A stretch of DNA of 32,338 nt, taken from positions 1 to 32,338 of the forward strand of contig JANRMG010000023.1 of assembly GCA_033761855.1 (NCBI GenBank), in the 5' to 3' direction. Origin of the DNA: Candidatus Caenarcanales bacterium (GTDB taxonomy: Bacteria; Cyanobacteriota; Vampirovibrionia; Caenarcaniphilales; Caenarcanaceae). Under the pieces are notes generated by a model. The model did no database searches. It had not been told where the DNA came from and saw nothing but the letters and a program-made list of their open reading frames with translations. Of the stretch, positions 1 to 9,612 are shown in pieces (the first letter of the stretch is position 1; each line of letters starts with the position of its first letter). A program made the translations under genes and the position numbers.

Positions 1-1
1 G

Positions 2-148
2 GCTGCTTCAATTAATAAAATTACGGCCAGAAGGACCATTAATTCAAATGGTTCGAAAAGGGGTGAAATTGAAGAGCTTCTAATAATGATTAAAGCCAAC
101 AAAATTTTGCTTAAAAAAGAGGCAATGTCTGTTTCTCAAAATAGTTGA
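2..148 (+). CDS. 3' end of a probable DNA adenine methyltransferase (Dam/DpnM-like), truncated by window start
   Basis: Frame 2 is open from the window edge to TGA at 146-148: AASINKITARRTINSNGSKRGEIEELLIMIK... The A-R-x-x-INS-x3-KRG-x-I-x-ELLI segment resembles the C-terminus of Dam-family methyltransferases. Not in the ORF track. Confidence 0.65.
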   Translation, partial: AASINKITARRTINSNGSKRGEIEELLIMIKANKILLKKEAMSVSQNS

Positions 149-179
149 ACTTATTTAACTTATTGCTTAGGTTGAGCTT

Positions 180-2729
180 TCAGTCATTATCTACAATTTC
201 CTCAAGCTGGTTATCTTCACCCGCTACTAAAGTCGAAGATTGTTCTACTTCGGCATTTATAGGGTTGATTGAAACAACTCTGTCTTTATCGTCAACTTGC
301 TGCAATCTTACTCCCGTTGCCATTCTGCTCTGGGTTGGGATATCTGAGGACTTTTGTCTCAGAATTACCCCATTTGCGGTGGCGATAATCACTTCGTTAT
401 CGTCTTTCACAACACAGATTCCAGCGAGCTTACTAACATCTTTCTTAAACTTAGTTCCAATCAAACCGGTTCCACCGCGCTTTTGGTCTCTAAATTCACT
501 GGTATGAACTCTCTTACCATAGCCATCATCAGTTACTAACAACAAATAAGTATCATCTTCTTGCTTTGGATCGAACGTAGCACAACTAATCAATTTATCG
601 CCTTTTCTCAGATTAATTGCTTTTACGCCTGCAGCGGTTCTTCCCAAAGGTCTTAGTTCTGATTCAGCATAGCGGATAACCATCCCTTGGTGGGTTGCAA
701 GAACAATGTGGGATTCTGGCTTAGCCATTTTTACCCAACAAAGCTCGTCTCCATCCGATAGATTCAAAGCAATAATTCCTGAACGTCTAATATTGGTAAA
801 AGATCCCAAATTAATCTTCTTGATAGTCCCCAGCTTGGTAAGCATGATGAGAGTTTGATTGACATCAATATCCTTGGAGATTGGGATAACAGCCGTGATG
901 GTTTCGCCCGGAATGAGAGGAACAATATTAATTACAGCCTTACCTTTGGTTTGTCTCGTTCCTTCAGGGATTTGGTAAACCTTTTCGGAGTAAACAACGC
1001 CTCGGTTGGTGAAAAACAGCAGCTCATCGTGCATTCTAGCGGTTAAGCAGTGTTGAAGATCGTCTTCTTCTCTGGTGGCTATTCCTCCTTTGCCTCTTCC
1101 TGCACGGTTTTGGCTTTCAAATACCTCTGTTGGTATGCGTTTAATGTAATCCTGTGATGTTAGGAAAATCATCATTGTCTCATTTGGAATCAAATCTTCA
1201 GTGGTGAATTCTCCGTCTGATGGAAGGATTTGGGTCATGCGCGGATTATTGTGCTTGGCCTTCATCTCTATGAGGTCAGCTTTAATATTTTCAAGAATAA
1301 ATTCGCGACTGGAAAGAAGTTTCTCAAGCTCGGCAATTCTTTCGAGAAGAGAAAGGTGTTCTTTTTGTAACTTGTCTTGTTCAAGACCGGTTAATCTGCG
1401 AAGCTGCATTTCAAGAATGGCTTCTGATTGTCTTTCGGAAAGGTCACACTCTCTCATTAAAGCTTTTTTTGCTTCATCTGTTGAATTGGATCCTTTGATT
1501 AGAGCAATAACTTTATCAAGCATGCTCAGAGCTTTTAGAAGACCAATTACTATATGTGATCTTTCGTTGGCTTTTCTTAAATCGTATTTGGCTTTTCTGG
1601 TGACAACTTCGACTCTGTGCTCAATGAAATGATGCAAGAGGCTCTTGAGATCTAAAAGCTGTGGACGGCCATTAACAAGCGCCAGAGTGTTAACCGGGAA
1701 ATTTTGCTGAAGAGGAGTGAACTTGAAAAGGTTGTTCAGAACAACATCTGGATTGGCGTCCCGTTTTAATTTAATAACAACTCTAGTTCCTTGGCGGCCC
1801 GACTCATCGTTCAAGTCAGCGATTCCGGTTATTCTTTCATTTTTAACCAGGTCAGCTATCTTTTGAATCAAGGATTCAGGGCCGACTAAATAAGGTAATT
1901 CTTTAACGATGATGGCAGGATTCTTTACTTTGCCACCAATTTCTTCAATCTCGGTTAAAGCTCTAACAGGAACACTGCCTCTACCGGTGTGGAAGGCATC
2001 TTCGATGCCCTTCATGCCCATAATCATACCGCCCGAAGGGAAGTCGGGTCCCTTGATGAATTGCATCAAATCCCTAATCGAAGCCTCTGGATTCTCGATT
2101 AAATGAACCAATCCGTCTATTACTTCACCCAAGTTGTGAGGAGGAATATTAGTGGCCATCCCGACAGCAATACCGCTCGAACCATTGAGAAGAAGTACTG
2201 GGAGCTTTGATGGAAGTACAATTGGTTCCTTTAAACTGCCGTCAAAGTTGTCCTGGAAATCAACTGTCTCAGAATCAATATCAGCCAAAACATCGACTGC
2301 AACCTTGGATAGACGAGCTTCTGTATACCTCATGGCAGCAGGGTTATCGTCTAAACTACCAAAGTTACCGTGCCCCGCTGTGAGGGGATAGCGAGAAGAA
2401 AATGGTTGTGCAAGCCTGACTAAAGCGTCATAGACGGCCGTGTCACCGTGAGGATGATATTTACCCAAAACTTCCCCAACAATACGTGCACATTTTTTAT
2501 AAGGTTTGTCTGGGGAAAGGCCTATCTCGCTCATAGCGAAAAGGATTCTACGGTGGACGGGTTTTAAACCATCGCGAACGTCAGGAAGAGCACGGCTCAC
2601 AATAATGCTCATCGCATAATCGATGAAGCTTGAGCGCATTTCGTCGTTAATATCGGTTTGTACTACTCTTAATGTGTTTTTTGGAGTATTAGGTGTAGTT
2701 GGGTTATCGGAAGAATTATCTGAACTCAT
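180..2729 (-). CDS. gyrA: DNA gyrase subunit A
   Basis: [29 protein letters not shown] (catalytic Tyr), [14 protein letters not shown], GyrA-box variant QNRAGRG, beta-pinwheel repeats and an acidic tail. Confidence 0.97.
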   Translation of the reverse strand: MSSDNSSDNPTTPNTPKNTLRVVQTDINDEMRSSFIDYAMSIIVSRALPDVRDGLKPVHRRILFAMSEIGLSPDKPYKKCARIVGEVLGKYHPHGDTAVYDALVRLAQPFSSRYPLTAGHGNFGSLDDNPAAMRYTEARLSKVAVDVLADIDSETVDFQDNFDGSLKEPIVLPSKLPVLLLNGSSGIAVGMATNIPPHNLGEVIDGLVHLIENPEASIRDLMQFIKGPDFPSGGMIMGMKGIEDAFHTGRGSVPVRALTEIEEIGGKVKNPAIIVKELPYLVGPESLIQKIADLVKNERITGIADLNDESGRQGTRVVIKLKRDANPDVVLNNLFKFTPLQQNFPVNTLALVNGRPQLLDLKSLLHHFIEHRVEVVTRKAKYDLRKANERSHIVIGLLKALSMLDKVIALIKGSNSTDEAKKALMRECDLSERQSEAILEMQLRRLTGLEQDKLQKEHLSLLERIAELEKLLSSREFILENIKADLIEMKAKHNNPRMTQILPSDGEFTTEDLIPNETMMIFLTSQDYIKRIPTEVFESQNRAGRGKGGIATREEDDLQHCLTARMHDELLFFTNRGVVYSEKVYQIPEGTRQTKGKAVINIVPLIPGETITAVIPISKDIDVNQTLIMLTKLGTIKKINLGSFTNIRRSGIIALNLSDGDELCWVKMAKPESHIVLATHQGMVIRYAESELRPLGRTAAGVKAINLRKGDKLISCATFDPKQEDDTYLLLVTDDGYGKRVHTSEFRDQKRGGTGLIGTKFKKDVSKLAGICVVKDDNEVIIATANGVILRQKSSDIPTQSRMATGVRLQQVDDKDRVVSINPINAEVEQSSTLVAGEDNQLEEIVDND

Positions 2730-2859
2730 TTAGAAATAAATTGTTATTGACAAGTGTTTAAAAATTAATAAGTTAATTTTAACCGCAAAAAGGGCATTCT
2801 TGTATGGATATCTTTTGTTAATGGATTGGATGATTGGGAGAATGATCTCATGGTGTATG

Positions 2860-3864
2860 TTAAATCCCAAAGATACCTAATGCTCTATTCAAAAGATTTT
2901 GTTGAAGAGTAATCTTATTGTCTTCAACAATAAATCTTAGTCCATATCTTTGAAGTTTCTCATTCGCTGAACTTGAAATAGCCTCAGACGGAGACCTCGA
3001 TTGTACGAACAATTCTAAAAGCGCATCATTGTAAGTTGCAGGGTCACTATATAATCCAAGAACCTCTTTTGTTAATGAGCTCATGGTTCCGTCAGATATA
3101 TTGGATTTCACTTGTATTCTGTCAGGCCGAACCAATAATTTTAAAGCTTCGAGTATTATCCTTGGATCGATTTTACGATCTTCAGATTGTATTATTTGCT
3201 TTGCCAATTCTAGATCAGTGCCACCAGACTTTAGCCACTTAACAGTTAAGCTCTCTGGCTTAGTGATTGTAAAATCATAGGTATTTGTCTGGGTATTAAA
3301 AGAGACAGAAATACCGGCATTTTTAAGAGCTGTTTCTGCAGGAAAATCCCTTTGGATTTCAGAATCCGAATATCTGGATCCCATTAAATTTTTGATAGCA
3401 TGTTGCACTATTAATTCTTCTGTATCCCTCGTCCATTGAGTCAAATCATCTTCGCCTTGTAGAGATTTAGAAAAAGCTGTATATGTAGTTTTTTGTATAG
3501 ATTGAAGTTCTCTTGATGCCAAGAGTAGCCTTAAGACTTGAGTTATTACAAATTTGTCTTCTTCAGGCATTGTATAAAAGGGGATTTTCTTTTCTCGAAG
3601 GTATTTTATAGCGAATTGGGTAACCTCTCCGTTTTCAGGATTAAAAGAAGTTGAAGGTTGAGAAGCTTTTAAAATTGCATTAGTAATTTCCCTTTCAAGG
3701 TCTGTCCCTTGTGCATAGTAAAAAATTGCAGAACTAAAGTTGGAAGGCAGCAAGAAGTCTGGATGTCTCTCTAGATAATCGACAATTTCCCTGAGTATAG
3801 AAATTGCGTTGTCACTGGCTCTTTTAATTCCGCCATAGCATTGGTGAGCACCCAGTTCAGACAA
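2860..3864 (-). CDS. Hypothetical protein, 334 aa; may be the C-terminal part of a frameshifted gene beginning at 6073
   Basis: Long ORF with a TTG start. Its frame stays open upstream to 3918, overlapping the end of the 721-aa ORF. No family recognised. Confidence 0.7.
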   Translation of the reverse strand: MSELGAHQCYGGIKRASDNAISILREIVDYLERHPDFLLPSNFSSAIFYYAQGTDLEREITNAILKASQPSTSFNPENGEVTQFAIKYLREKKIPFYTMPEEDKFVITQVLRLLLASRELQSIQKTTYTAFSKSLQGEDDLTQWTRDTEELIVQHAIKNLMGSRYSDSEIQRDFPAETALKNAGISVSFNTQTNTYDFTITKPESLTVKWLKSGGTDLELAKQIIQSEDRKIDPRIILEALKLLVRPDRIQVKSNISDGTMSSLTKEVLGLYSDPATYNDALLELFVQSRSPSEAISSSANEKLQRYGLRFIVEDNKITLQQNLLNRALGIFGI

Positions 3865-3890
3865 TAACCATTCTCGGAGAAAAGTGCTAT

Positions 3891-3933
3891 TAAAAGGTAT
3901 TCTGACATCAGACTGATGTCAGAATACCTTTTA
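3891..3933. repeat. Perfect inverted repeat, 20-bp arms, 3-nt loop
   Basis: TAAAAGGTATTCTGACATCA-GAC-TGATGTCAGAATACCTTTTA; the arms are exact reverse complements. Confidence 0.95.
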
Positions 3934-6073
3934 TAAGTGGATCACTTTCTGCTGGATCTTTGCTAAGAAATTGTTTTCTGAAATAAATGCCTGACGAATC
4001 TGTCTTGAATCTATTAACTTCATCACGGGCCAAATAATCAAGATGTTGCCCATTCTCACTTAGACGTTTCATCGCATCATCACAGCGGGTGGCATATTGT
4101 TCAATTACGAATTCTAATAACTCTTGTCCAGAAAGCTCAGCAGGATTGGCCGAAGCATAAATTTGTTGTCCGCGAGTGTTTATACTTGTGATTTCTCCTG
4201 TATGACTAGCCGCAACAGGAACTTGAATGGAAGTTTGATTTGAGGCGCTTCTTAACGCTTGAGTAGGAGCCATTCCATTGTTAAAAAGAATTTGAGCTAG
4301 TTGCTGTTGTTGGGTGGAGAGTTTGTTCCATTGAGCCAATTCCAATTCACTAAGTTTCGATGTAATTGGTTCAGATGTAGGAACTGGTCGAGGTACATTT
4401 GTTGGAGTTGTAACAGTTGTTGATGACGGGGCATGAGAGTTCACATTTGTTGGATGAGTTGAATCTACCGGAATTGTTCCAGAAGAAGTAAAACGAATAC
4501 CAAAAATTGAATTTATCTTAGTCAAATCTAATTTTTTACTTGTCAAACTCAAAAGCTCATCCATTTTATCAGATGGAATTATTTGGTTAAGACCACTCAT
4601 GTTGATTAGTTTGCTAATTTCATCAGCATTGGCGCCACTTTGGATTTTGCTTGCTAACAATAACCCCATTTGTTGCTTAACTGTTTCTAAGTCTTGCGCA
4701 GTAAGTTGTCCGTCTCGCGCTTTGTTCATGATTTCGGTTAAAGCCCTGACTTCAGGCCGATTTGCGTTGTTGAATAAATCATCAGCGCCAGCTCCAACTT
4801 GAGCATCTGGATGGACTATTCTTAGTAAATTTCGAGCCCATTGCCTGACCATATTGGAGTCTTTAGTGTTCAATAATTGTTTTGGATCCGAGCTTGAGCT
4901 GGCTGAGGGAATTGTTGCTAAGCTGCTAGAGCTAAAGAAATTATTAAAAGCAATTTTCCCTCCACTAATACCTATGCTTAAAATAAGGCTAAAAGCTAAG
5001 GTTCCTAACAATTGAGACCTGACTTCGTTTATTTTTTGTAGTTTTTCTTCCTCACCTAGTCTTGGATCGGACAAAATGCTTATATACTTAACCCAGGTTT
5101 CAAGCGTTCCTGTGCTTCCAGTAGTTAAAAAGGCAATTCCAGTTGAGCTTGCCATTGTTGCAAGAGAATGAGACAAACCCTTCCCGACAAAGAAATTAAA
5201 CAAAGGTTTAAAAAGGACAGTACTAATTTTGCTCAATCCAACATTAGAAGCTCCTCTCCATATATCGATCCCCGAAGCCTTAAGTGCTTCCCAAAATTGA
5301 TTCCAGTTTCCAGTTGAACTTGCCTGAGATAGGGCATTGGTTAAAGCTAACTCATCTCCAGAGGCTGTTCTTACTACTTGTCCGGTTAGAAAAGCCGAGC
5401 CGCTTCCTAATGCAGTATGAGCAATAATTGCATTAGTTCCTGTTCCAAATAAAGTTGTTGCTGCCGTTCCTGAGGTTAAAGTAAAGGTGCCCGCTGAGAC
5501 CGCCGTAGCTGTACCAAAAGTCACAATCGAAACCGGTATCATTATTAAACATCCACCAATTGTGTTTCTCAGCCCAATAAGTTCATCTCCTGTTGCATTA
5601 AAGGCTTGTGCTAGTGTTGAATCTAAGCTTGTCTCAAGATTTTGAAGGTATTTTAATACTTCTTGAGGTGGGGCGCCTTCATCAATGGCCTGGTCAACTT
5701 CATCCAGTCGTTGAAAAAATGCAGGATAAATTTCTTCTTCGATTAAACGCATTGAAGAACTCGTGGGTGTCAAATGTCTCCCAATTCCCTGGAGTCTCTG
5801 AAGTCTATTGACGGGATTTAATAGTGGATTGTTGGATAAATTAGAAAAATTGAATGAATCATGGATACTTTCCACGACGGTGTCACGAGAACCTTTTGCA
5901 AGCTCAACTAAGCTTGAATCCTGTCCGATTAATTCTTCTTCAAATTTTTGCCATTCATCTTGTTTTCGGGTTCTTAATCTGGCTACCTCTCTAATTACAA
6001 AAGCCTTTGTTGCCACGCTACCATTTGACGAGTTGGTCGCTAATGAGTTTATGCTTGAGCGCTGGATTGTCAT
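3908..6073 (-). CDS. Large hypothetical protein with a Gly/Ala/Thr-rich hydrophobic region, a J-domain-like HPD segment and a Pro/Thr linker; candidate effector/translocator
   Basis: 721-aa ORF with a Ser/Asn-rich N-terminus and no signal peptide. Hydrophobic stretches at about aa 165-380, then VRQWARNLLRIVHPD...EVRALTEIMNKAR. Confidence 0.75.
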   Translation of the reverse strand: MTIQRSSINSLATNSSNGSVATKAFVIREVARLRTRKQDEWQKFEEELIGQDSSLVELAKGSRDTVVESIHDSFNFSNLSNNPLLNPVNRLQRLQGIGRHLTPTSSSMRLIEEEIYPAFFQRLDEVDQAIDEGAPPQEVLKYLQNLETSLDSTLAQAFNATGDELIGLRNTIGGCLIMIPVSIVTFGTATAVSAGTFTLTSGTAATTLFGTGTNAIIAHTALGSGSAFLTGQVVRTASGDELALTNALSQASSTGNWNQFWEALKASGIDIWRGASNVGLSKISTVLFKPLFNFFVGKGLSHSLATMASSTGIAFLTTGSTGTLETWVKYISILSDPRLGEEEKLQKINEVRSQLLGTLAFSLILSIGISGGKIAFNNFFSSSSLATIPSASSSSDPKQLLNTKDSNMVRQWARNLLRIVHPDAQVGAGADDLFNNANRPEVRALTEIMNKARDGQLTAQDLETVKQQMGLLLASKIQSGANADEISKLINMSGLNQIIPSDKMDELLSLTSKKLDLTKINSIFGIRFTSSGTIPVDSTHPTNVNSHAPSSTTVTTPTNVPRPVPTSEPITSKLSELELAQWNKLSTQQQQLAQILFNNGMAPTQALRSASNQTSIQVPVAASHTGEITSINTRGQQIYASANPAELSGQELLEFVIEQYATRCDDAMKRLSENGQHLDYLARDEVNRFKTDSSGIYFRKQFLSKDPAESDPLIKGILTSV

Positions 6074-6174
6074 TTGAGAAGCAGATATTAACGATACTAA
6101 TGCAGTGTAATCCCTAAAATTTAAGGTCAGATATTCACTTAATTAAGAAATAGCTAAATCAATTTTCAGAAATT

Positions 6175-7611
6175 TTACCTTTCAAAAATACTCTTCCACC
6201 TCTCCCAGTCGGCGAAAATCTGTTTATTCGTCAGAGGTGAAAAAGAACGGTCTTTCTGCCAGAGTTTAATTAAGTTTTCTTTCTGGAATTCATGATGAGA
6301 TAAAGAAGCGGCGCCCCAAGCGGTTGCTTCTACATTGGCTGCCCTGTGAACATTAATCCGCAAAAGATTAGCGAGGGTTTGGCAGAAATAATCGCTTCGA
6401 GACAAGCCTCCACCAATTTTTAACTCTTTTAGTTCGTCCAAACGTTCTATCACTTGCTTAATTCGGAAAGCAAAGCCGTCAATAGTAGCTTTTAGAATGT
6501 CGGCGCCTGTTACTTCAGCCGTTAGACCCAATATCGAAGCCTTTTCGTTTCTTGTCCAGTCGGGCGATCCAAAACCTGTTAGGGATGGCATAACCGAAAG
6601 AGTGCTTGAATTGGAGGCTTCACCAATTAAAGAGTCAATGGCTGTTGGGTCTTTGGGAATAACATTGATTCTTTGCAGCCATTCAACCATGGATCCCATA
6701 GTCAAAATCGAAGCTTCTTGCATGTAAACTGGTTTTTGTTCTTTATTCTCCCAGGCTATGCTTGTTAATAAGCCCTCTGTTTTGGCGGGCTCATGGCCTG
6801 TATTTAACAACAAAAAGCCTCCGGTTCCACAAGTGAGCTCAGCTAAGCCTTTATCCAAACAAGCATGACCATACAAAGCGGCCTGCTGGTCTCCAACCAT
6901 GGCTCTAATTGGAATTTCCACTCCAGTAAATTCTTTGTCACTCAAGCCGAACTCATGCTGGGAGGGAAGAGCCTTCGGCAGTAAAATCATTGGTATATCG
7001 AAAATTCGGCACATTTTTTCCGACCACTCAAGTTCATTAATATCAAACAATAAAGTCCGAGAAGCATTGGAATAATCAGTCAAAAAGCTTTTACCTTTGG
7101 TGAGCTTGTATAAAAGCCAAGTGTCAACCGTTCCTGCCAAGACTTCACCAGTTTTTATCATTTGAGCAAATTCCGGTGAGTTCTTTAGCAGCCATTGTAA
7201 TTTTGTGGCTGAAAAATATGGATTAATGGGCAGTCCTGTGATCTCGCGGCTGAAATTTTGGTGTTTCTCAAATTCCTGAATTGTGTCCTTTGTTCTTTGG
7301 CATTGCCAACTAATAGCTGGTTTGAGGGCTTTGCCATTTTTGTCCCAGAGGCCAATTGTCTCTCTCTGATTGGTAATTCCAATGCTTGCTATTTCTTGCG
7401 GGGTAAAGTATTTAAGGCAGTCTTTAATGGTGGACAACTGCGTTTGCCATAAAAGCTCTAAATCCTGCTCAACCCACTGTGGCTGTGGATAGCTCTGGCC
7501 AAGCTTCTTTTGAGCAATGTGCTTTACTCTTCCATCGAGGTCAAAAATGATAGAGCGGCAGCTTGTAGTTCCTTGATCAATGGCGAGTAGAAATTTTTGT
7601 GCAGAATCCAA
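6175..7611 (-). CDS. glpK: Glycerol kinase (FGGY family), divergent in the C-terminal half
   Basis: LAIDQGTTS, WVEQD, GITNQRET, SWQCQRT, PYFSATK, GTVDTWL, TDYSNASRT, GDQQAAL. TTG start. Confidence 0.88.
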   Translation of the reverse strand: MDSAQKFLLAIDQGTTSCRSIIFDLDGRVKHIAQKKLGQSYPQPQWVEQDLELLWQTQLSTIKDCLKYFTPQEIASIGITNQRETIGLWDKNGKALKPAISWQCQRTKDTIQEFEKHQNFSREITGLPINPYFSATKLQWLLKNSPEFAQMIKTGEVLAGTVDTWLLYKLTKGKSFLTDYSNASRTLLFDINELEWSEKMCRIFDIPMILLPKALPSQHEFGLSDKEFTGVEIPIRAMVGDQQAALYGHACLDKGLAELTCGTGGFLLLNTGHEPAKTEGLLTSIAWENKEQKPVYMQEASILTMGSMVEWLQRINVIPKDPTAIDSLIGEASNSSTLSVMPSLTGFGSPDWTRNEKASILGLTAEVTGADILKATIDGFAFRIKQVIERLDELKELKIGGGLSRSDYFCQTLANLLRINVHRAANVEATAWGAASLSHHEFQKENLIKLWQKDRSFSPLTNKQIFADWERWKSIFER

Positions 7612-7699
7612 ATGCCTAACTGGAAGGGGGAAACGTCTATTGATGAAATAATACTAAAGACAAAATGAAATTTTTGAACAAGCAAATGATAAGCGATTA

Positions 7700-7714
7700 T
7701 TATGACAGTCATAA
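7700..7714. promoter_or_regulatory. Candidate operator palindrome in the divergent glpK/oxidoreductase intergenic region
   Basis: TTATGAC-A-GTCATAA, a perfect 7-1-7 palindrome about 20 bp upstream of the ATG at 7734. Confidence 0.35.
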
Positions 7715-7733
7715 ATAAAATCAATAGATTCTC

Positions 7734-8888
7734 ATGGTCATAAATTTTTTCTGCCTGGGAGTAGGGGATATAGCACTAGGGCAGTATCTTCCTTATATAA
7801 AGAAAAGATATCCCAATTCAGCAGTAACAGTATATGAGCCATCAGACGAGGCTTTCTTAAAAGCCTCGCGGACAAATGATATTAACAGGGCAAGAACACA
7901 GGAGGAACTAATAAAGGCTTTATCCTTAAATGATTATCTGCTTATTTTAAGCCCCTCTCGATACCATGCAGAACAGCTATCAATGGTAGCCGAATCAAAA
8001 GCACCAGCAAAGATATTATGCGAAAAACCAATAGGCTTAAACGAACAAGAAAGAATGCGCCTTTTACAACTTTCCGAGAAAGGGGCTTTAAATAATTGTT
8101 TTTTTGCCGATCATTGGTACCCCAGAGTAAGAGGAATAAGCTACCTGCTGGGGTTAGAAAGCATAAGGCCAACTGGTTTAATCTCGTCAGATGAACAACA
8201 AGAGCGTTTCATAGTAGGCACTTTGCATACAAAAAGGTTAACAAGAATAGAAGGGAACCTTGTCGAGAAGAGTTATTTGGATTCAAGCACTAACTTAAGA
8301 TACCCCCTGTCTTTTATGGGTGGAGACTTTTCTAGAGCTGAAGAAATCTTTAAATATCCAAATGGTGTTCTGACCGACACATTGATACATCCAATGAATG
8401 CAATATGTTGTGCTCTAGGACTGAACGGATTAACCTCGCAAAATATGCAGCTTTGGGATCGTCATGGACAATCGATTCAAAAAGGTGATTTTGAGAATGG
8501 AGAAGCTAAAGCTTGCTTGCAAGGCTCTTTTACATGGAGGAATCAAGCCGTTAAATTCCAATTGCTTGCAGATAAGCTTGCTGAAGAGGACAACAAAGGT
8601 ATTACTCTGCATTTTGATGATGGAACACAACTAGTCTTACGTTGCCAAGCCAGTAGAGACACAACCAGTGTGATTAATAAAAATGGTGAAGAAGAATTTG
8701 TATTGAGTGATGAGAAACAACCTTATGAGTTGCTCCTAGACTGGTTTTTCTCGGGTTGTGTTTTTAAGGAGGATAAAGATGAAAATTCAACCTCTCTAGC
8801 TTTATGGTTGAATTATGTTCAATTGAACAACTTGGCAAGCATTTTTAAATCACAAGGAGATTTAAGAGGAGCTTTCTCACAGCCTTGA
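7734..8888 (+). CDS. Gfo/Idh/MocA-family NAD(P)-dependent oxidoreductase
   Basis: N-terminal Rossmann LGVGDIA, ILSPSRYH, KILCEKP signature, GVLTDTLIH (D-x3-H motif). Confidence 0.8.
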   Translation: MVINFFCLGVGDIALGQYLPYIKKRYPNSAVTVYEPSDEAFLKASRTNDINRARTQEELIKALSLNDYLLILSPSRYHAEQLSMVAESKAPAKILCEKPIGLNEQERMRLLQLSEKGALNNCFFADHWYPRVRGISYLLGLESIRPTGLISSDEQQERFIVGTLHTKRLTRIEGNLVEKSYLDSSTNLRYPLSFMGGDFSRAEEIFKYPNGVLTDTLIHPMNAICCALGLNGLTSQNMQLWDRHGQSIQKGDFENGEAKACLQGSFTWRNQAVKFQLLADKLAEEDNKGITLHFDDGTQLVLRCQASRDTTSVINKNGEEEFVLSDEKQPYELLLDWFFSGCVFKEDKDENSTSLALWLNYVQLNNLASIFKSQGDLRGAFSQP

Positions 8889-9086
8889 TTATCTTAATTA
8901 ACCGATTATTACTTGTCTAAGAAGAAGCAGAAATTTTTTCATTTCAAAAATAAAATTCCAGATTTATGTATAACTATGTATGTTAGTATTTATCATCGTC
9001 AAATGTTGGGCGCCATTGTCACTTAAATTGGCGTCATAATTGTCGAAAAGTAAATAACAAAGAGTAAATAAAAAGAGTAGATAGAA

Positions 9087-9608
9087 GTGACTAATCATTT
9101 AATTTCTGGAGAAACTGATACCTCTCTCTCGCTTGATGAATTGGCGAGTGAACTTAGAATGATTCAATCCAGCTCAAAGCGTGTGTCCATAATTGGCACA
9201 AGAAATATTTCCATTACTCACCAAAAGATTGTAGAAGTCATATCCTTGGCTCTGGTTCAGGCTGGCAATACTGTTATTACCAGCGGCGGTGCTAGCGGCG
9301 TCAATTTTGCCGCCATTGAAGGCGCTCTTCAAGGCGATCCCTCTAAGCTTGAGATTATCCTTCCTCAGACTCTCAAACAGCAGCCTCTCGAAGTTCAAGA
9401 AAAGCTAAAGAATATAAGAGTTGTAATAGAGCATCAAGATCGAGTAGAAATGGAATTCGCTGAAGCCAGCCGCATTTGTTATAACGAAATCGTTGATGCG
9501 GCCCACCAGTTGATTTGCTTCCTCTACCACGACAGCAATACTCTTGCCAAAGCGGTTGAATATGCCAAAATTAATCACAAAATCGTAACTGTTTTTTATC
9601 TAGATTGA
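9087..9608 (+). CDS. Small DprA/Smf-like SLOG-fold protein of the cyanobacterial type
   Basis: VSIIGTRN, VITSGGASGVNFAAIEGA, ILPQTL, CYNEIV, LICFLYHDSNTL, KIVTVFYLD. GTG start. Confidence 0.8.
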   Translation: MTNHLISGETDTSLSLDELASELRMIQSSSKRVSIIGTRNISITHQKIVEVISLALVQAGNTVITSGGASGVNFAAIEGALQGDPSKLEIILPQTLKQQPLEVQEKLKNIRVVIEHQDRVEMEFAEASRICYNEIVDAAHQLICFLYHDSNTLAKAVEYAKINHKIVTVFYLD

Positions 9609-9612
9609 TTTC

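Noticed and set aside
2430-2460. GyrA QRDR with Thr at the Ser83-equivalent position
   Set aside because: Thr is a common natural variant and the Asp87-equivalent is intact; this is not evidence of resistance.
3891-3933. Hairpin as a protelomerase target or ordinary terminator
   Set aside because: It has a 3-nt asymmetric centre and no protelomerase nearby. It is AT-rich, contains the stop codon and lacks a separate U-tract, so neither reading is supported over those listed in findings.
9047-9086. Short tandem AGTAAATA-like repeats upstream of the SLOG gene
   Set aside because: Irregular 13-14-nt period in A-rich sequence; not distinguishable from low complexity.
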